From Candidatus Lustribacter sp. (lineage in GTDB: Bacteria; Vulcanimicrobiota; Vulcanimicrobiia; Vulcanimicrobiales; Vulcanimicrobiaceae), in the NCBI GenBank assembly GCA_036008105.1, contig DASYOE010000392.1:1-54064 (forward strand): a stretch of 54,064 nt of DNA, read 5' to 3'. Under the pieces are notes generated by a model that saw only the letters and a program-made list of their open reading frames with translations, searched no databases and was not told the origin of the DNA. Within the stretch, counting starts at the first letter, position 1. Every line of letters starts with the position of its first letter. The position numbers and the translations under genes are program-made. This document shows, one piece after another, positions 40,996 to 50,166 of the stretch.

Positions 40996-41511
40996 ATGAA
41001 CGCACCGACCGAACGCGCCGTCCTCGCCGGCGGCTGTTTCTGGGGCATGCAAGATCTGATCCGCCGCCAGCCGGGGGTTATTTCCACCCGCGTCGGCTAC
41101 TCGGGCGGCGACGTGAAGAACGCAACCTATCGCAACCACGGCACGCACGCCGAGGCGATCGAGATCGTCTTCGATCCGAACGTCATCAGCTATCGGAAGC
41201 TGCTCGAATTTTTCTTCCAGATCCACGACCCGTCGACGCTCAACCGTCAGGGCAACGATCGCGGCACGAGCTACCGTTCGGGCATCTACTACACGAGCCC
41301 CGAGCAAAAGAGAATCGCCGAGGAGACGATCGCCGACGTCAACGCCTCCGGCCTCTGGCCGGGTAAGGTCGTCACCGAGCTGGCGCCGGCGGGCGACTTC
41401 TGGGAGGCTGAGCCCGAGCATCAGGACTACCTCGAGCACTACCCCAACGGCTACACGTGCCATTTCATCCGGCCCGATTGGAAGCTGCCGGTACGGGCCG
41501 AAGCCCGCTGA
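40996..41511 (+). CDS. msrA: peptide-methionine (S)-S-oxide reductase
   Basis: '[13 protein letters not shown]', '[28 protein letters not shown]', '[17 protein letters not shown]' and 'EHQDYLE'. Confidence 0.95.
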   Translation: MNAPTERAVLAGGCFWGMQDLIRRQPGVISTRVGYSGGDVKNATYRNHGTHAEAIEIVFDPNVISYRKLLEFFFQIHDPSTLNRQGNDRGTSYRSGIYYTSPEQKRIAEETIADVNASGLWPGKVVTELAPAGDFWEAEPEHQDYLEHYPNGYTCHFIRPDWKLPVRAEAR

Positions 41512-41524
41512 GCGTCCCCGGCCG

Positions 41525-42013
41525 GTGACCCCCGTCAACATCGAGCCCGTACCCGCCCCGACCGACGAACTGCGCGCGCTGATCTTCGAACTCGACTCCG
41601 AACTCGCCGTCGCCTACACCACCGAACAGATGCACGGGCTCACCCTGAACTCGCTGTTCGCCGGGCACATCCAGATGTTCATCGCGCGCATCGACGGCGC
41701 GCCGGTCGGCTGCGGCGGGCTCGCGCTATTCGACGGCTACGCCGAGGTCAAGCGCATGTTCGTGCGCCCGGCCGGCCGCGGCAGCGGCGTCGCGCAAGCG
41801 CTGCTCGCCCACATCGAAGACGCGGCGCGGACCGCCGGCGTTCCGTGGCTGCGGCTCGAGACCGGCATCCGTCAGCCAGCCGCGATCCGGCTCTACGAGA
41901 GCGCGGGCTTTCACCCGTGTGCGGCCTTCGGCGCCTACACGACGATGGCGCCCGCGGCGATCAAATTGAGCCTGTTTTACGAGAAATCACTGCGTGATCC
42001 GGGGGCCGGATAA
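41525..42013 (+). CDS. GNAT-family N-acetyltransferase
   Basis: Acetyl-CoA binding motif A: 'VKRMFVRPAGRGSGVAQALLAHIEDAARTAG'. 'LETGIRQPAAIRLYESAGF' follows. Confidence 0.85.
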   Translation: MTPVNIEPVPAPTDELRALIFELDSELAVAYTTEQMHGLTLNSLFAGHIQMFIARIDGAPVGCGGLALFDGYAEVKRMFVRPAGRGSGVAQALLAHIEDAARTAGVPWLRLETGIRQPAAIRLYESAGFHPCAAFGAYTTMAPAAIKLSLFYEKSLRDPGAG

Positions 42014-42064
42014 CCCGCCCGCCCCTTCTATTTATATCACATAATGTTGATTTCATGATATTGT

Positions 42065-42092
42065 TACCGGGCAATACTAGTACTTCCCGGTA
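42065..42092. promoter_or_regulatory. 28-bp near-perfect palindrome (operator-like) in AT-rich promoter region
   Basis: TACCGGG-CAA-TACTAGTA-CTT-CCCGGTA, with 12 of 14 base pairs self-complementary. It lies in the most AT-rich gap of the window and ends 40 nt upstream of the ATG at 42132. Confidence 0.5.
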
Positions 42093-42131
42093 TGCAGGTC
42101 GGCGGCACTGAGTCCGGCGGAGAGCGCAGGC

Positions 42132-42575
42132 ATGCGCAACTTTGGCGGGCTCTTGGCCGCCCTGATCGTTCTTCTCGCCGGCACGTTGCCGGCGCGGGCC
42201 ACCGGGGTGGTTCACATCCAGCAGAAAGACGGGTCGGTCAAAACGTATGCCGGCGTCAACATCGCGCTGGATCCAAGCAGCATGCGGCTCACCACGAGCG
42301 ACGGGGTCGGCACGCTGTACATCGGCAAAGCGGCCTGCACGGCGATCGGGCAATTGTTGAAATGCGAGCCCTACGATGCAACCTACATCGCGCACGACGT
42401 CTCGACGCACATCGAGCTCATCGACGGTACGGCCTGGCTGAATCCGTCGAAGAAAACGCAATCGATTCCGGGCTCCAACCGCAAGCTCGCGCCGCTCGGG
42501 GTGACCATGACGATGCGCAGTAAGGCCGGGACGACCGTGACCCTTTCCGGCACGGCCGATGTGGTGGGCAAATGA
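42132..42575 (+). CDS. secreted hypothetical protein
   Basis: 147 aa. It has a signal peptide 'MRNFGGLLAALIVLLAGTLPARA', a beta-looking mature part and two Cys ('KAACTAIGQLLKCEP'). Its stop overlaps the next start (ATGA). I recognise no family. Confidence 0.6.
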   Translation: MRNFGGLLAALIVLLAGTLPARATGVVHIQQKDGSVKTYAGVNIALDPSSMRLTTSDGVGTLYIGKAACTAIGQLLKCEPYDATYIAHDVSTHIELIDGTAWLNPSKKTQSIPGSNRKLAPLGVTMTMRSKAGTTVTLSGTADVVGK

Positions 42576-44182
42576 GCACGCAACGAGCGGCGGCGGCCGT
42601 CTTGGTCTTTTTCCTCGCGCTCGCACCATCGGGCGGGTTCGCCCGCGGTTTCGGTGGCGGTGGCGGTGGCGGTTTCAGCGGCGGTGGTGGCGGCTTCCGC
42701 GGGGGCGCCGGCGGAGGCGGTGGGTTCGACTTCCGCGGTGACGGGGCGCCGGGCGGCGCGAGCCGCTCCGTGCCGCAGGGCGACTTCAGCCACTCGAGTA
42801 CCGGTCCGGCCGGCACGTCGCGCACCACGACCGGGAACGTCTCCAACGGGGGCTACACCCGAACGACGACGGCGACGAACGGCGCTGCGACGCGCCAGTC
42901 CACCGGCACCTACAACGCGAACGGCAATTACCAGCACAACAGCACCGGCTCTACTGCGAACGCGTACCACAGCAGCGCCACGAGCGGTAACGTCTACAGC
43001 GGAAACTACAACCACAGCGCAACGGGTAACAACCCCTACGGTTCTTACAACACCTCCGGCAGCGGCAACACCCACTCGAATACGTACTACGGTACCGGCA
43101 ACGCGACCAATCAGTACGGCACTACCTACCACACGGCCACATCCTACAACAACGGCTACGTCTACCACGGCGCCGCGGTAAGCAACCCGATGTACTACGG
43201 CTATCCCGCTTGGGGCTGGAACGCCGGGGTCGCGTGGTATCCGGCACCGATCTACTACGGGGGCGCCTTCTGGGGCGCGTACGCCGTCGGTGCCGCGACC
43301 GCGATCGCGTTCGGATCCGTCGTTGCAGCGAACAACGCGACGATCACGTCGTACCAAGTCGAACCGCAGAGCCCCGGCGCGAAGCTCCTGACGAGCTACA
43401 AACTCACGCAGACCCAATGCGGCGCGCCGAATCTCGTCGTCATCTATGGTCCGAACGACAGCGTCATCTGTGCCCAGCCGAATCAACTCGTGACTGCCGG
43501 CAACTATAGCGTCGACCCTACGACGTTGACGATCGTCTCCGAGAAAGCGGCAGCGGCGGCGCCGGATGCGGTTCCGCCGGCGCCGCTGGCCGGTTCCGGC
43601 TCACCGCTTGTCGCGATGGCGGCCGGGGAAACCCGCAACTATCGCGTCACCTCGCAGACCGCCTCACGCGACGGCAACACATCATCGAACCACTACGTGC
43701 GCATTACGCGTATTGCACCCGGACAGTTTTCGGTCGCCATCGATGGGGCTCCGGGCGTCGACGTCAGCGTTGGTCCGGGCGGAAACGAAAGCGCGTTGCC
43801 GCAAGCAACCAAAACGGCGCTCGCGCCCTTCTTCCAGATCGGCTTGCTGATGCACGCCGCACCGCAACCGGTCGCGTCGAACAGCGCATGGGGAGCGACG
43901 ATTCCGGTCGTGGTGAAGCCGGACACGGATATGGTTCCGGTCAGCGTCAGCGTGAGTCAGTTCGGACCCACCGGCGGGGCGGTCACGGCTGCCGGTCAGA
44001 CCTCGGTTGACGTCTCACCCGGAGTGCGAACGATTCCGGCCACCATCAGCGTCAACGCGAAGCTCTTCTTCAACCAGAATCACGAGCTGACGCAAGGCAG
44101 CGGCTCGGTCACCGTCGACGCGCACTTGCGCCTCGACCGCACCGACCGCACCACCAACAACTGGACGGTGTCGCCGGCCTAA
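42572..44182 (+). CDS. exported hypothetical protein with Gly-run and N/S/T/Y/H-rich low-complexity domain
   Basis: 536 aa. Domain order: hydrophobic N-terminus; Gly/Phe/Arg run (aa 21-62); polar pseudo-repeats (aa 63-205); Tyr/Trp-rich stretch; one hydrophobic segment (aa 231-253); ~280-aa C-terminal domain. The opposite-strand Pro-rich ORFs are mirror artefacts of the GGN codons. Confidence 0.65.
   Translation: MSTQRAAAAVLVFFLALAPSGGFARGFGGGGGGGFSGGGGGFRGGAGGGGGFDFRGDGAPGGASRSVPQGDFSHSSTGPAGTSRTTTGNVSNGGYTRTTTATNGAATRQSTGTYNANGNYQHNSTGSTANAYHSSATSGNVYSGNYNHSATGNNPYGSYNTSGSGNTHSNTYYGTGNATNQYGTTYHTATSYNNGYVYHGAAVSNPMYYGYPAWGWNAGVAWYPAPIYYGGAFWGAYAVGAATAIAFGSVVAANNATITSYQVEPQSPGAKLLTSYKLTQTQCGAPNLVVIYGPNDSVICAQPNQLVTAGNYSVDPTTLTIVSEKAAAAAPDAVPPAPLAGSGSPLVAMAAGETRNYRVTSQTASRDGNTSSNHYVRITRIAPGQFSVAIDGAPGVDVSVGPGGNESALPQATKTALAPFFQIGLLMHAAPQPVASNSAWGATIPVVVKPDTDMVPVSVSVSQFGPTGGAVTAAGQTSVDVSPGVRTIPATISVNAKLFFNQNHELTQGSGSVTVDAHLRLDRTDRTTNNWTVSPA
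42632..43186 (+). repeat. in-frame low-complexity / degenerate repeat region (GGN run, then ~14-codon polar pseudo-repeats)
   Basis: The DNA run ggtggcggtggcggtggcggtttcagcggcggtggtggcggcttc... encodes GFGGGGGGGFSGGGGGFRGG. Units such as STGTYNANGNYQHN / STGSTANAYHSSAT / SGNVYSGNYNHSAT follow. Confidence 0.6.
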
Positions 44183-44205
44183 CCGGCGATCACCCGGCCT
44201 CGGGC

Positions 44206-44661
44206 TTATGCCGTCGCGGGTTCGACGCGCCGCTTCATGAGCTTCATCAGGAGCGCGTCGAGCGAGTATAGCCCGGGTCCGCACAACAGCAGAATCAATG
44301 CGCCGGCCAGCAAGTGCGCCTCGACTTCGTACGTCCGGCCTTGCCCGACGTACGGCAGCCCGTGGCCCATCTTGACGATGAACACGACGACAAACATATC
44401 GCAGGCGAGCAGAAACGAAAAGAGCGGCGTCAGCAGCCCCAAGATGAGGCACCAGCCGCCGATGTTCTCCGCAAAGCATATGATCAGTTGCAGGATCCCG
44501 GGCACGCCCGGCAGCGGTCCGTTGGGGCCGTCCCAGGACATGGGGTGGGCCATTTTCGGCGCGCCGTGCGCGATGAAGCTCGCGCCCACCACGATGCGCA
44601 AAATGACCATGGCCAACGACACGCGCGGCGACAACGCCGGGAATAGCGCGTTAAGGTTCAT
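44206..44661 (-). CDS. DoxX-family membrane protein
   Basis: Met159 of ORF 44206-45135 is the start, preceded by GAGGAGGTG. The product has four hydrophobic helices: 'LAMVILRIVVGASFIAHGAPKM' ... 'NIGGWCLILGLLTPLFSFLLACDMFVVVFIV'. Confidence 0.8.
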   Translation of the reverse strand: MNLNALFPALSPRVSLAMVILRIVVGASFIAHGAPKMAHPMSWDGPNGPLPGVPGILQLIICFAENIGGWCLILGLLTPLFSFLLACDMFVVVFIVKMGHGLPYVGQGRTYEVEAHLLAGALILLLCGPGLYSLDALLMKLMKRRVEPATA

Positions 44662-44712
44662 GGGCACCTCCTCACCAGCGGCGCTTCCGCGATCTTCAGC
44701 TAATATCAGTTT

Positions 44713-45330
44713 ATGACCGCAGCCTTTTGGGACGAACGCTACCGCTCCAGCACGTCGGTCTGGAGCGGTGACCCGAACCCGCAACTGGTGACCGAGGTGT
44801 CCGGCCTCGGGCCCGGCTACGCCCTCGACGTCGGCAGCGGCGAGGGCGCCGATGCGATGTGGCTGGCCGAGCGCGGCTGGCGCGTGCTGGCCGTCGACAT
44901 TTCGACCGTGGCCCTCGAGCGCAGCGCCGCACTCGCCGCAAAGGCCGCTCCCGGCGTGCCCGCGCGCATCGAGTGGAAGCAAGCCGACATCCTGACCTGG
45001 AGCCCCGAACCGGGCGCCTTCGATCTCGTGTCGGCGCAGTTCATGCAGCTGCCGGCCGAAGACCGCGACCCCTTCTTCCGCCGGCTTGCCGCGGCCGTCG
45101 CTCCGCACGGCACGCTGCTCGTCGTCGGCCACCATCCCTCGGATCTCGAAACGACGGCGCGCCGTCCGCGCGGCGCGGGCGTGCTCTACCCGCCGGAGGC
45201 GATCGCGTCACTGCTCCATGCCGGTCAGTGGGAAATCGTCGCGTCCGAGGCACGCCCGCGCAGTGCCGTGGACCCGGAGGGCCGAACGGTGACCGTCCAC
45301 GACACGGTCGTGCGCGCGCTGCGGCGCTAG
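44713..45330 (+). CDS. class I SAM-dependent methyltransferase
   Basis: 'FWDERY', motif I 'ALDVGSGEGADAMWLAERGWRVLAVDIS' and 'LAAAVAPHGTLLVVGH'. Confidence 0.85.
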   Translation: MTAAFWDERYRSSTSVWSGDPNPQLVTEVSGLGPGYALDVGSGEGADAMWLAERGWRVLAVDISTVALERSAALAAKAAPGVPARIEWKQADILTWSPEPGAFDLVSAQFMQLPAEDRDPFFRRLAAAVAPHGTLLVVGHHPSDLETTARRPRGAGVLYPPEAIASLLHAGQWEIVASEARPRSAVDPEGRTVTVHDTVVRALRR

Positions 45331-45341
45331 GAGAGTAACGG

Positions 45342-46313
45342 ATGCACCGACCCACCCGAAGCCGGTTTCTGGCGGCCACCGCCGGAACGGCAGCCGCGTT
45401 GTCGAGCGCGCGAACCGCATTCGCGCAGACCGCACCTACGTCAGCGACCGTGCGCGTGTTGATCGCGCCGAGCGACGGCGTCACCGCCGTCGTTTACGCC
45501 AAACACGCGGGACTTTTCGAAAAAGCGGGCCTGGACGTCGAGTTGCAAACGCAGAGCAACGGCGCGGCGGTGGCGGCCGGCGTTGCTTCGGGTAACTTCG
45601 ATATCGGCAACAGCAGCGTGACGTCGATCCTGCTCGCGCACGAGAAGGGTCTGCCGTTCGTGCTGATCGCTCCGGCCGGGATCTACAACAACGTCAAAGA
45701 TCCGTTTTCCGGCGCGATCGCGCTGAAAGATTCGACGATTCGTTTGGACGCCGACGCGAACGGTCAAGTACTCGGCGTCGTTTCGCTCAACGGTCTCGGA
45801 CAGGAGTCGTTCTGCGCGTGGGTCGACGCGCACGGCGGTGACTGGACCTCGGTGAAATTCGTCGAGCTGCCCTACGCCGCGAGCGGCGAAGCGCTCAAAC
45901 AACACCGCGTCGTCGCGGCGGAGAGCGTCACCCCGGCGCTCACCAACTTCCTCGATTCCGGTGAGTACCGCTTCATCCCGGTGTACGGTGCGATCGCGCC
46001 GGCCTTTCTGATGTCGACGTGGTTTACGACGCGCGATTTCTCGGCGAAAAACCCCGACGTCGTCCGGCGGTTCTCGCGCGTCGTCGCCGAAGCGGCGACC
46101 TATGCCAACGCGCACCACGCGGAGACCGCGCCGCTCATGGCCGACTTCACGAAGATCCCGCTGTCGAACATGCAGCACATGGCGCGCGCGATCGGCGGGG
46201 TGACGCTCAGCCCGACGCTCATCCAACCGGCGATCGCCGCCGCTGCAAAGTACGGTACCCTCAAGAAGCCCTTTCCCGCCCAAGAATTGATCGATGCCAA
46301 TGCCGTCGTTTGA
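45342..46313 (+). CDS. NMT1/THI5-like ABC substrate-binding protein, paralog 2
   Basis: It has a Tat-like N-terminus, '[28 protein letters not shown]'. Shared blocks: '[22 protein letters not shown]', 'HEKGLPF' and '[20 protein letters not shown]'. Confidence 0.8.
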   Translation: MHRPTRSRFLAATAGTAAALSSARTAFAQTAPTSATVRVLIAPSDGVTAVVYAKHAGLFEKAGLDVELQTQSNGAAVAAGVASGNFDIGNSSVTSILLAHEKGLPFVLIAPAGIYNNVKDPFSGAIALKDSTIRLDADANGQVLGVVSLNGLGQESFCAWVDAHGGDWTSVKFVELPYAASGEALKQHRVVAAESVTPALTNFLDSGEYRFIPVYGAIAPAFLMSTWFTTRDFSAKNPDVVRRFSRVVAEAATYANAHHAETAPLMADFTKIPLSNMQHMARAIGGVTLSPTLIQPAIAAAAKYGTLKKPFPAQELIDANAVV

Positions 46314-47292
46314 ACAACGTCAACTTGGAGCGGCCGGACCGCAAACCTCGGCGATGGGTCTCGGCTGCTGGGGCATGTCCGGCTCCTACGGTGCGAGCGA
46401 CGACGCGGAAGCGTTACGCACGATCGATCGCGCGCTCGAACTCGGCATCACGTTCCTCGACACCGCCGACGTGTACGGCGAGGGGCACAACGAGGAGTTC
46501 GTGGGGCGCGCGCTGCAGGGCCGGCGCGACCGCGTCACGCTCGCAACCAAATTCGGCCGCACCTTCGGCACGGCCGGCGCGCGCGGCGTCAACGGCCGGC
46601 CCGAGTACGTTCGCGCGGCGTGCGACGCATCGCTGAAACGCCTGGGCATCGACACGATCGATCTGTACTACCAGCATCGCGTCGACCCGAACGTTCCGAT
46701 CGAGGAAACCGTCGGCGCGATGGCCGAGCTGAAGGCCGCCGGAAAGATCCGCTATCTCGGCCTCTCCGAGGCGAGCGCCGACAACGTGCGGCGCGCTGCC
46801 GCCGTTCACCCGATCGCGGCGCTGCAAAGTGAGTATTCGCTCTTCAGCCGCGACGTCGAGGATAACGGCGTGTTGCCCACGATTCGCGAACTCGGCATCG
46901 CGCTGGTGCCGTACAGCCCGCTTGGGCGCGGCATGCTCACCGCGACGGTGCGGACCAACGACGGTTTCGGGAAGGGTGATCCGCGTTCGCACAACCCGCG
47001 CTTCGCCGGCGACAACTTCGCTCGCAACGTCGCGGTCGTCGATCAGTTGAGCGCGCTGGCGGCCGAACTCAAACTGACGAGCGCGCAACTCGCGCTCGCG
47101 TGGCTCTATGCGCAAGGCAACGACATCGTGCCGATTCCGGGCACCAAACGGGTGAAGAATCTCGAGGAAAATGCCGTCGCGGCCGGCCATCGGCTGGGCC
47201 TGCGCGACATCGCGCGCATCGGGGCGATCGCGCCCAAGGGCGTCGCGGCGGGCGCGCGGAGTCAAGACCCGATTACGCTCCGCCCGGTGTGA
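46294..47292 (+). CDS. aldo/keto reductase
   Basis: '[13 protein letters not shown]', '[21 protein letters not shown]', 'ATKFG', '[11 protein letters not shown]', '[11 protein letters not shown]' and '[14 protein letters not shown]'. It overlaps the SBP 3' end, so the start may be the second ATG (46300). Confidence 0.92.
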   Translation: MPMPSFEQRQLGAAGPQTSAMGLGCWGMSGSYGASDDAEALRTIDRALELGITFLDTADVYGEGHNEEFVGRALQGRRDRVTLATKFGRTFGTAGARGVNGRPEYVRAACDASLKRLGIDTIDLYYQHRVDPNVPIEETVGAMAELKAAGKIRYLGLSEASADNVRRAAAVHPIAALQSEYSLFSRDVEDNGVLPTIRELGIALVPYSPLGRGMLTATVRTNDGFGKGDPRSHNPRFAGDNFARNVAVVDQLSALAAELKLTSAQLALAWLYAQGNDIVPIPGTKRVKNLEENAVAAGHRLGLRDIARIGAIAPKGVAAGARSQDPITLRPV

Positions 47293-47393
47293 AAGAATCT
47301 TCCGGGTGGAACCGTTGCCCGAACGGCCGAGTATAATACTATACGGGTCCTAAGGGCATTCTGTTATAGAATGGTACGGGGAGAGCCATCGTC

Positions 47394-47876
47394 GTGAACG
47401 TTACTCTAGCGGCCGGGATTTTTTTGCTGGCCGTCGTGCTGCTCGGAATCGGCATTGAAGTCTATCGGCTGCGCAGCCGTAAGCACCGGCGCCGCAAGGT
47501 CGCGCAGGCCCCGCCGCGCCGCCTGCCGCAGCTCGAGCGCCGCATGGCCGATGCCTTCAGCGGACCACGCGCGGTCTATGGCGACCTCTTCGCGGAGTTC
47601 TCCGTCTGGCGTCACGCCGAGACGACGCGCATGGACGTCGCGACCCGCGACCCCTGGCTCACGCTGAACGCGTTCACCCAATCGCTGATCCTGCGGCACC
47701 TGTGGCGGTCGCTGTCGAACTTCGCGCGCAACACGGTGCTGGTGCACGTCGACCCCGGCACCCCGCGCGCGATCGTGTGGTCGGCGGTATCGACGGAGAA
47801 CTTCAACGACGGCGGCAAGCTCGAACCGTGGGCTCCCGCCAAAGGACGCGTGGGAACGCTCATTTCCGGGCCCTAA
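47394..47876 (+). CDS. hypothetical membrane-anchored protein
   Basis: 160 aa with a GTG start after GGGGAGAG. One N-terminal TM helix ('LAAGIFLLAVVLLGIGIEVY') is followed by a strongly basic stretch (RLRSRKHRRRK) and a ~110-aa domain of unknown family. Confidence 0.5.
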   Translation: MNVTLAAGIFLLAVVLLGIGIEVYRLRSRKHRRRKVAQAPPRRLPQLERRMADAFSGPRAVYGDLFAEFSVWRHAETTRMDVATRDPWLTLNAFTQSLILRHLWRSLSNFARNTVLVHVDPGTPRAIVWSAVSTENFNDGGKLEPWAPAKGRVGTLISGP

Positions 47877-47885
47877 ACGCCCCCG

Positions 47886-49205
47886 ATGGGCTTCTTCTCC
47901 CCGCCGGACGGCCCGCGATTCGCGCTACGACGGCTACGTGCTCCCGCGTGCCTGGTGCCCGCGGACCTAGGCACCGGTGAGGAACTGGTCCTGGTCGACG
48001 TCCTATTCGAGAACGGCCGCATCGGCGCGGTTGAGGCAGCCGGGACGCTGCCGCCCGAGCTCGGGCCCGACCTCGATGAATCGATCGTGCTGCCCGGGCT
48101 GATCGACTGCCACGCCCACCTCGACAAGGGCCACATCTGGCCGCGCGCTCCCAACCCGACCGGAGAGTTTCCGAGCGCCATCGGGGCCACCGCGCTCGAC
48201 CGCAGCACGCGGTGGACGGCCGACGACGTGCGCCGGCGCATGGAGTTCGGGTTGGCGACCGCCTGTGCGCATGGGGTGGTCGCGATCCGTACCCACCTCG
48301 ATTCGCAAGGTCCGCAGGCGGCCGTTTCCTGGCCCGTTTTTTGCCGGCTCCGCGACGAGTGGTCCGGCCGCATCGCGCTCCAAGCGACGTCAAACGTGCC
48401 GATCGACGTGTTCCTCACCGATGAGGGGCGTGAGTTGGCCGACGTCGTCGCGGAGTCCGGCGGTCAACTCGGTTGCGTGACGCGCTTTCGCGCGCTGCCG
48501 AACGTGCCGCTGCCGCCCGAATTCGATGTCGCGATGACCAACCTGTTCGCGTTGGCGCGCGAGCGGCAGCTGGACGTCGACCTGCACGTCGACGAAACCG
48601 GCGATCCCGGCGCGCGCAGTTTGATTCGCGTCGCGCAACTGGCTCGCGCGCACGGCTTCCCCGGCGACATCCTATGCGGTCATTGCAGTTCACTCGCCAT
48701 GCAAGATGCGGCGAGCATCGCTGCCACGCTCGATGCCTGCGCGACAGCCGGCATCGACGCCGTAAGCCTGCCGACGGTCAATTTGTATTTGCAGGATCGC
48801 GCGGACAACGTGACCCCGCGCTGGCGCGGCGTGACCGTCCTCCATGAAATGAAAGCGCGCGGCATGCGCGTCGCCGTGGGCGGCGATAACTGCCGCGATC
48901 CCTTCTACGCGTACGGCGACCACGACATGCTCGACACGTTCACGGCGGCGGTGAAGATCCTCCATCTCGATCATCCGCTCGGGGATTGGATCGCCACCGC
49001 AACCGCGACTCCGGCCGCCATTATGGGGCTCGCGGGCAACGGCCGGCTGGAAGCGGGAGCCGCCGCCGATCTGCTGGTGCTGCGCGCGCGCACGTATTCG
49101 GAAATGCTGGCCCGCCATCAAGCCGACCGCGTCGTGCTGCGCAATGGCCGGGCCATCGACACGACCCTGCCGGACTACCGCCGGCTCGACGATCTAATGG
49201 TATAG
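47886..49205 (+). CDS. amidohydrolase-superfamily protein, cytosine-deaminase-like
   Basis: 'LPGLIDCHAHLDKGHIW' (HxH metal site), 'DLHVDETGD', 'CGHCSSL' and 'VAVGGDNCRDPFYAYGDHDML'. These are typical of CodA-like deaminases. The substrate cannot be assigned. Confidence 0.83.
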   Translation: MGFFSPPDGPRFALRRLRAPACLVPADLGTGEELVLVDVLFENGRIGAVEAAGTLPPELGPDLDESIVLPGLIDCHAHLDKGHIWPRAPNPTGEFPSAIGATALDRSTRWTADDVRRRMEFGLATACAHGVVAIRTHLDSQGPQAAVSWPVFCRLRDEWSGRIALQATSNVPIDVFLTDEGRELADVVAESGGQLGCVTRFRALPNVPLPPEFDVAMTNLFALARERQLDVDLHVDETGDPGARSLIRVAQLARAHGFPGDILCGHCSSLAMQDAASIAATLDACATAGIDAVSLPTVNLYLQDRADNVTPRWRGVTVLHEMKARGMRVAVGGDNCRDPFYAYGDHDMLDTFTAAVKILHLDHPLGDWIATATATPAAIMGLAGNGRLEAGAAADLLVLRARTYSEMLARHQADRVVLRNGRAIDTTLPDYRRLDDLMV

Positions 49206-49213
49206 TGCGAAGG

Positions 49214-50158
49214 ATGAAACGCTCGCAAGCCATCGCGCTGACCGGCGCCGCCGCACTGCTGCCCCGGCTCGCGGCGGCGCAGGATGCGCAAAAACTGCGC
49301 GTCGGCTTTTCGCCGGCCGGTGAATCCTTGGCCCACGGCGCCTTCGCCGAGGAGGGCGGCTTCTTCACGAAGGCCGGCATCGCCGCCGAGATGATCGCCG
49401 TGCCCAACGGCGGCGCGATGACCGCGGGTATCGTGTCGGGCGCGATCGACGTCGGCCCGAGCAACGTCGCCTCCATGGCGGCCGCGTACGCGCACGGTCT
49501 GCGGCTGAATCTGTTCGCACCGAGCGTGATCATCTCGTCGAGCGCTCCCCCAACGACGATCTTGGCCGTACGCAGCGACTCGCCGATCCGTAGCGCGAGG
49601 GATTTCGCCGGCAAGACCATCGCCTGCAACACCCTGCGCGATTTGCAGCAGGCGGCCGTGATGACGTGGCTGGACAAGAACGGGGGCGATTCGAAGTCGG
49701 TCGCGTTCCTCGAACTGCCGAACCCCGATCAACTCGGCGCGCTGGCGGCCAAACGCATCGACGCGGCGTGTTTGGTCGAACCGTTCATCTCATCGGTCAG
49801 CAGCGACACGCGGTTCGTGGGCCGTCCGTACGACAGCCTCGGCAAGCAGATCATGACGTTCGGCTGGATCGCGAACAAGGCGTGGTACGACGCGAACCCG
49901 GCGCTGGTGAAAACTCTCGTCGGCGCGTTGCGCGACGCGGCGCGCTGGGCCAACCGCAATCCCGCCGCGACCGCGGCGATCATCTCGAAGTACTCGAAGG
50001 TGCCGGTCGCCGCGATCATGACCCAGAACCGGCAGCAGTTCGCCGACGGGAAACTCGACCCGCGGCTGATCCAGCCGATCATCGACGCCGCCGCGCACTA
50101 CGGCTTCTTACCGCAAGCCTTCGCCGCAACCGACTTGTTCGCGCCGAACCTCGCCTGA
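49214..50158 (+). CDS. NMT1/THI5-like ABC substrate-binding protein, paralog 3
   Basis: Met77 of ORF 48986-50158 is the start. It has a signal peptide 'MKRSQAIALTGAAALLPRLAAAQ'. Shared blocks: 'PNGGAMTAGIVSGAIDVGPSNV', 'DSPIRSARDFAGK' and 'WLDKNGGDSKSVAFLELPNP'. Confidence 0.8.
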   Translation: MKRSQAIALTGAAALLPRLAAAQDAQKLRVGFSPAGESLAHGAFAEEGGFFTKAGIAAEMIAVPNGGAMTAGIVSGAIDVGPSNVASMAAAYAHGLRLNLFAPSVIISSSAPPTTILAVRSDSPIRSARDFAGKTIACNTLRDLQQAAVMTWLDKNGGDSKSVAFLELPNPDQLGALAAKRIDAACLVEPFISSVSSDTRFVGRPYDSLGKQIMTFGWIANKAWYDANPALVKTLVGALRDAARWANRNPAATAAIISKYSKVPVAAIMTQNRQQFADGKLDPRLIQPIIDAAAHYGFLPQAFAATDLFAPNLA

Positions 50159-50166
50159 ACGAGCGG

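Noticed and set aside
42383-43486. Pro-rich and Ala/Val/Arg-rich minus-strand ORFs (for example 42418-42846, 'PPPPAPPRKPPPPPLKPPPPPPPKP').
   Set aside because: They are mirror images of the GGN-rich and ACN/AAC-rich codon runs of the plus-strand 536-aa gene. The plus-strand reading has a signal sequence, a coupled upstream gene and a structured C-terminal domain.
47303-47326. Sigma-54-like 'TGGAAC..TTGC' and a hairpin CCGTT-GCCCG-AACGG after the aldo/keto reductase gene.
   Set aside because: The GG-to-GC spacing is about 9 nt rather than the required 12. The hairpin has only 5 bp and no following T-tract, so it is not convincing as either a -24/-12 promoter or an intrinsic terminator.
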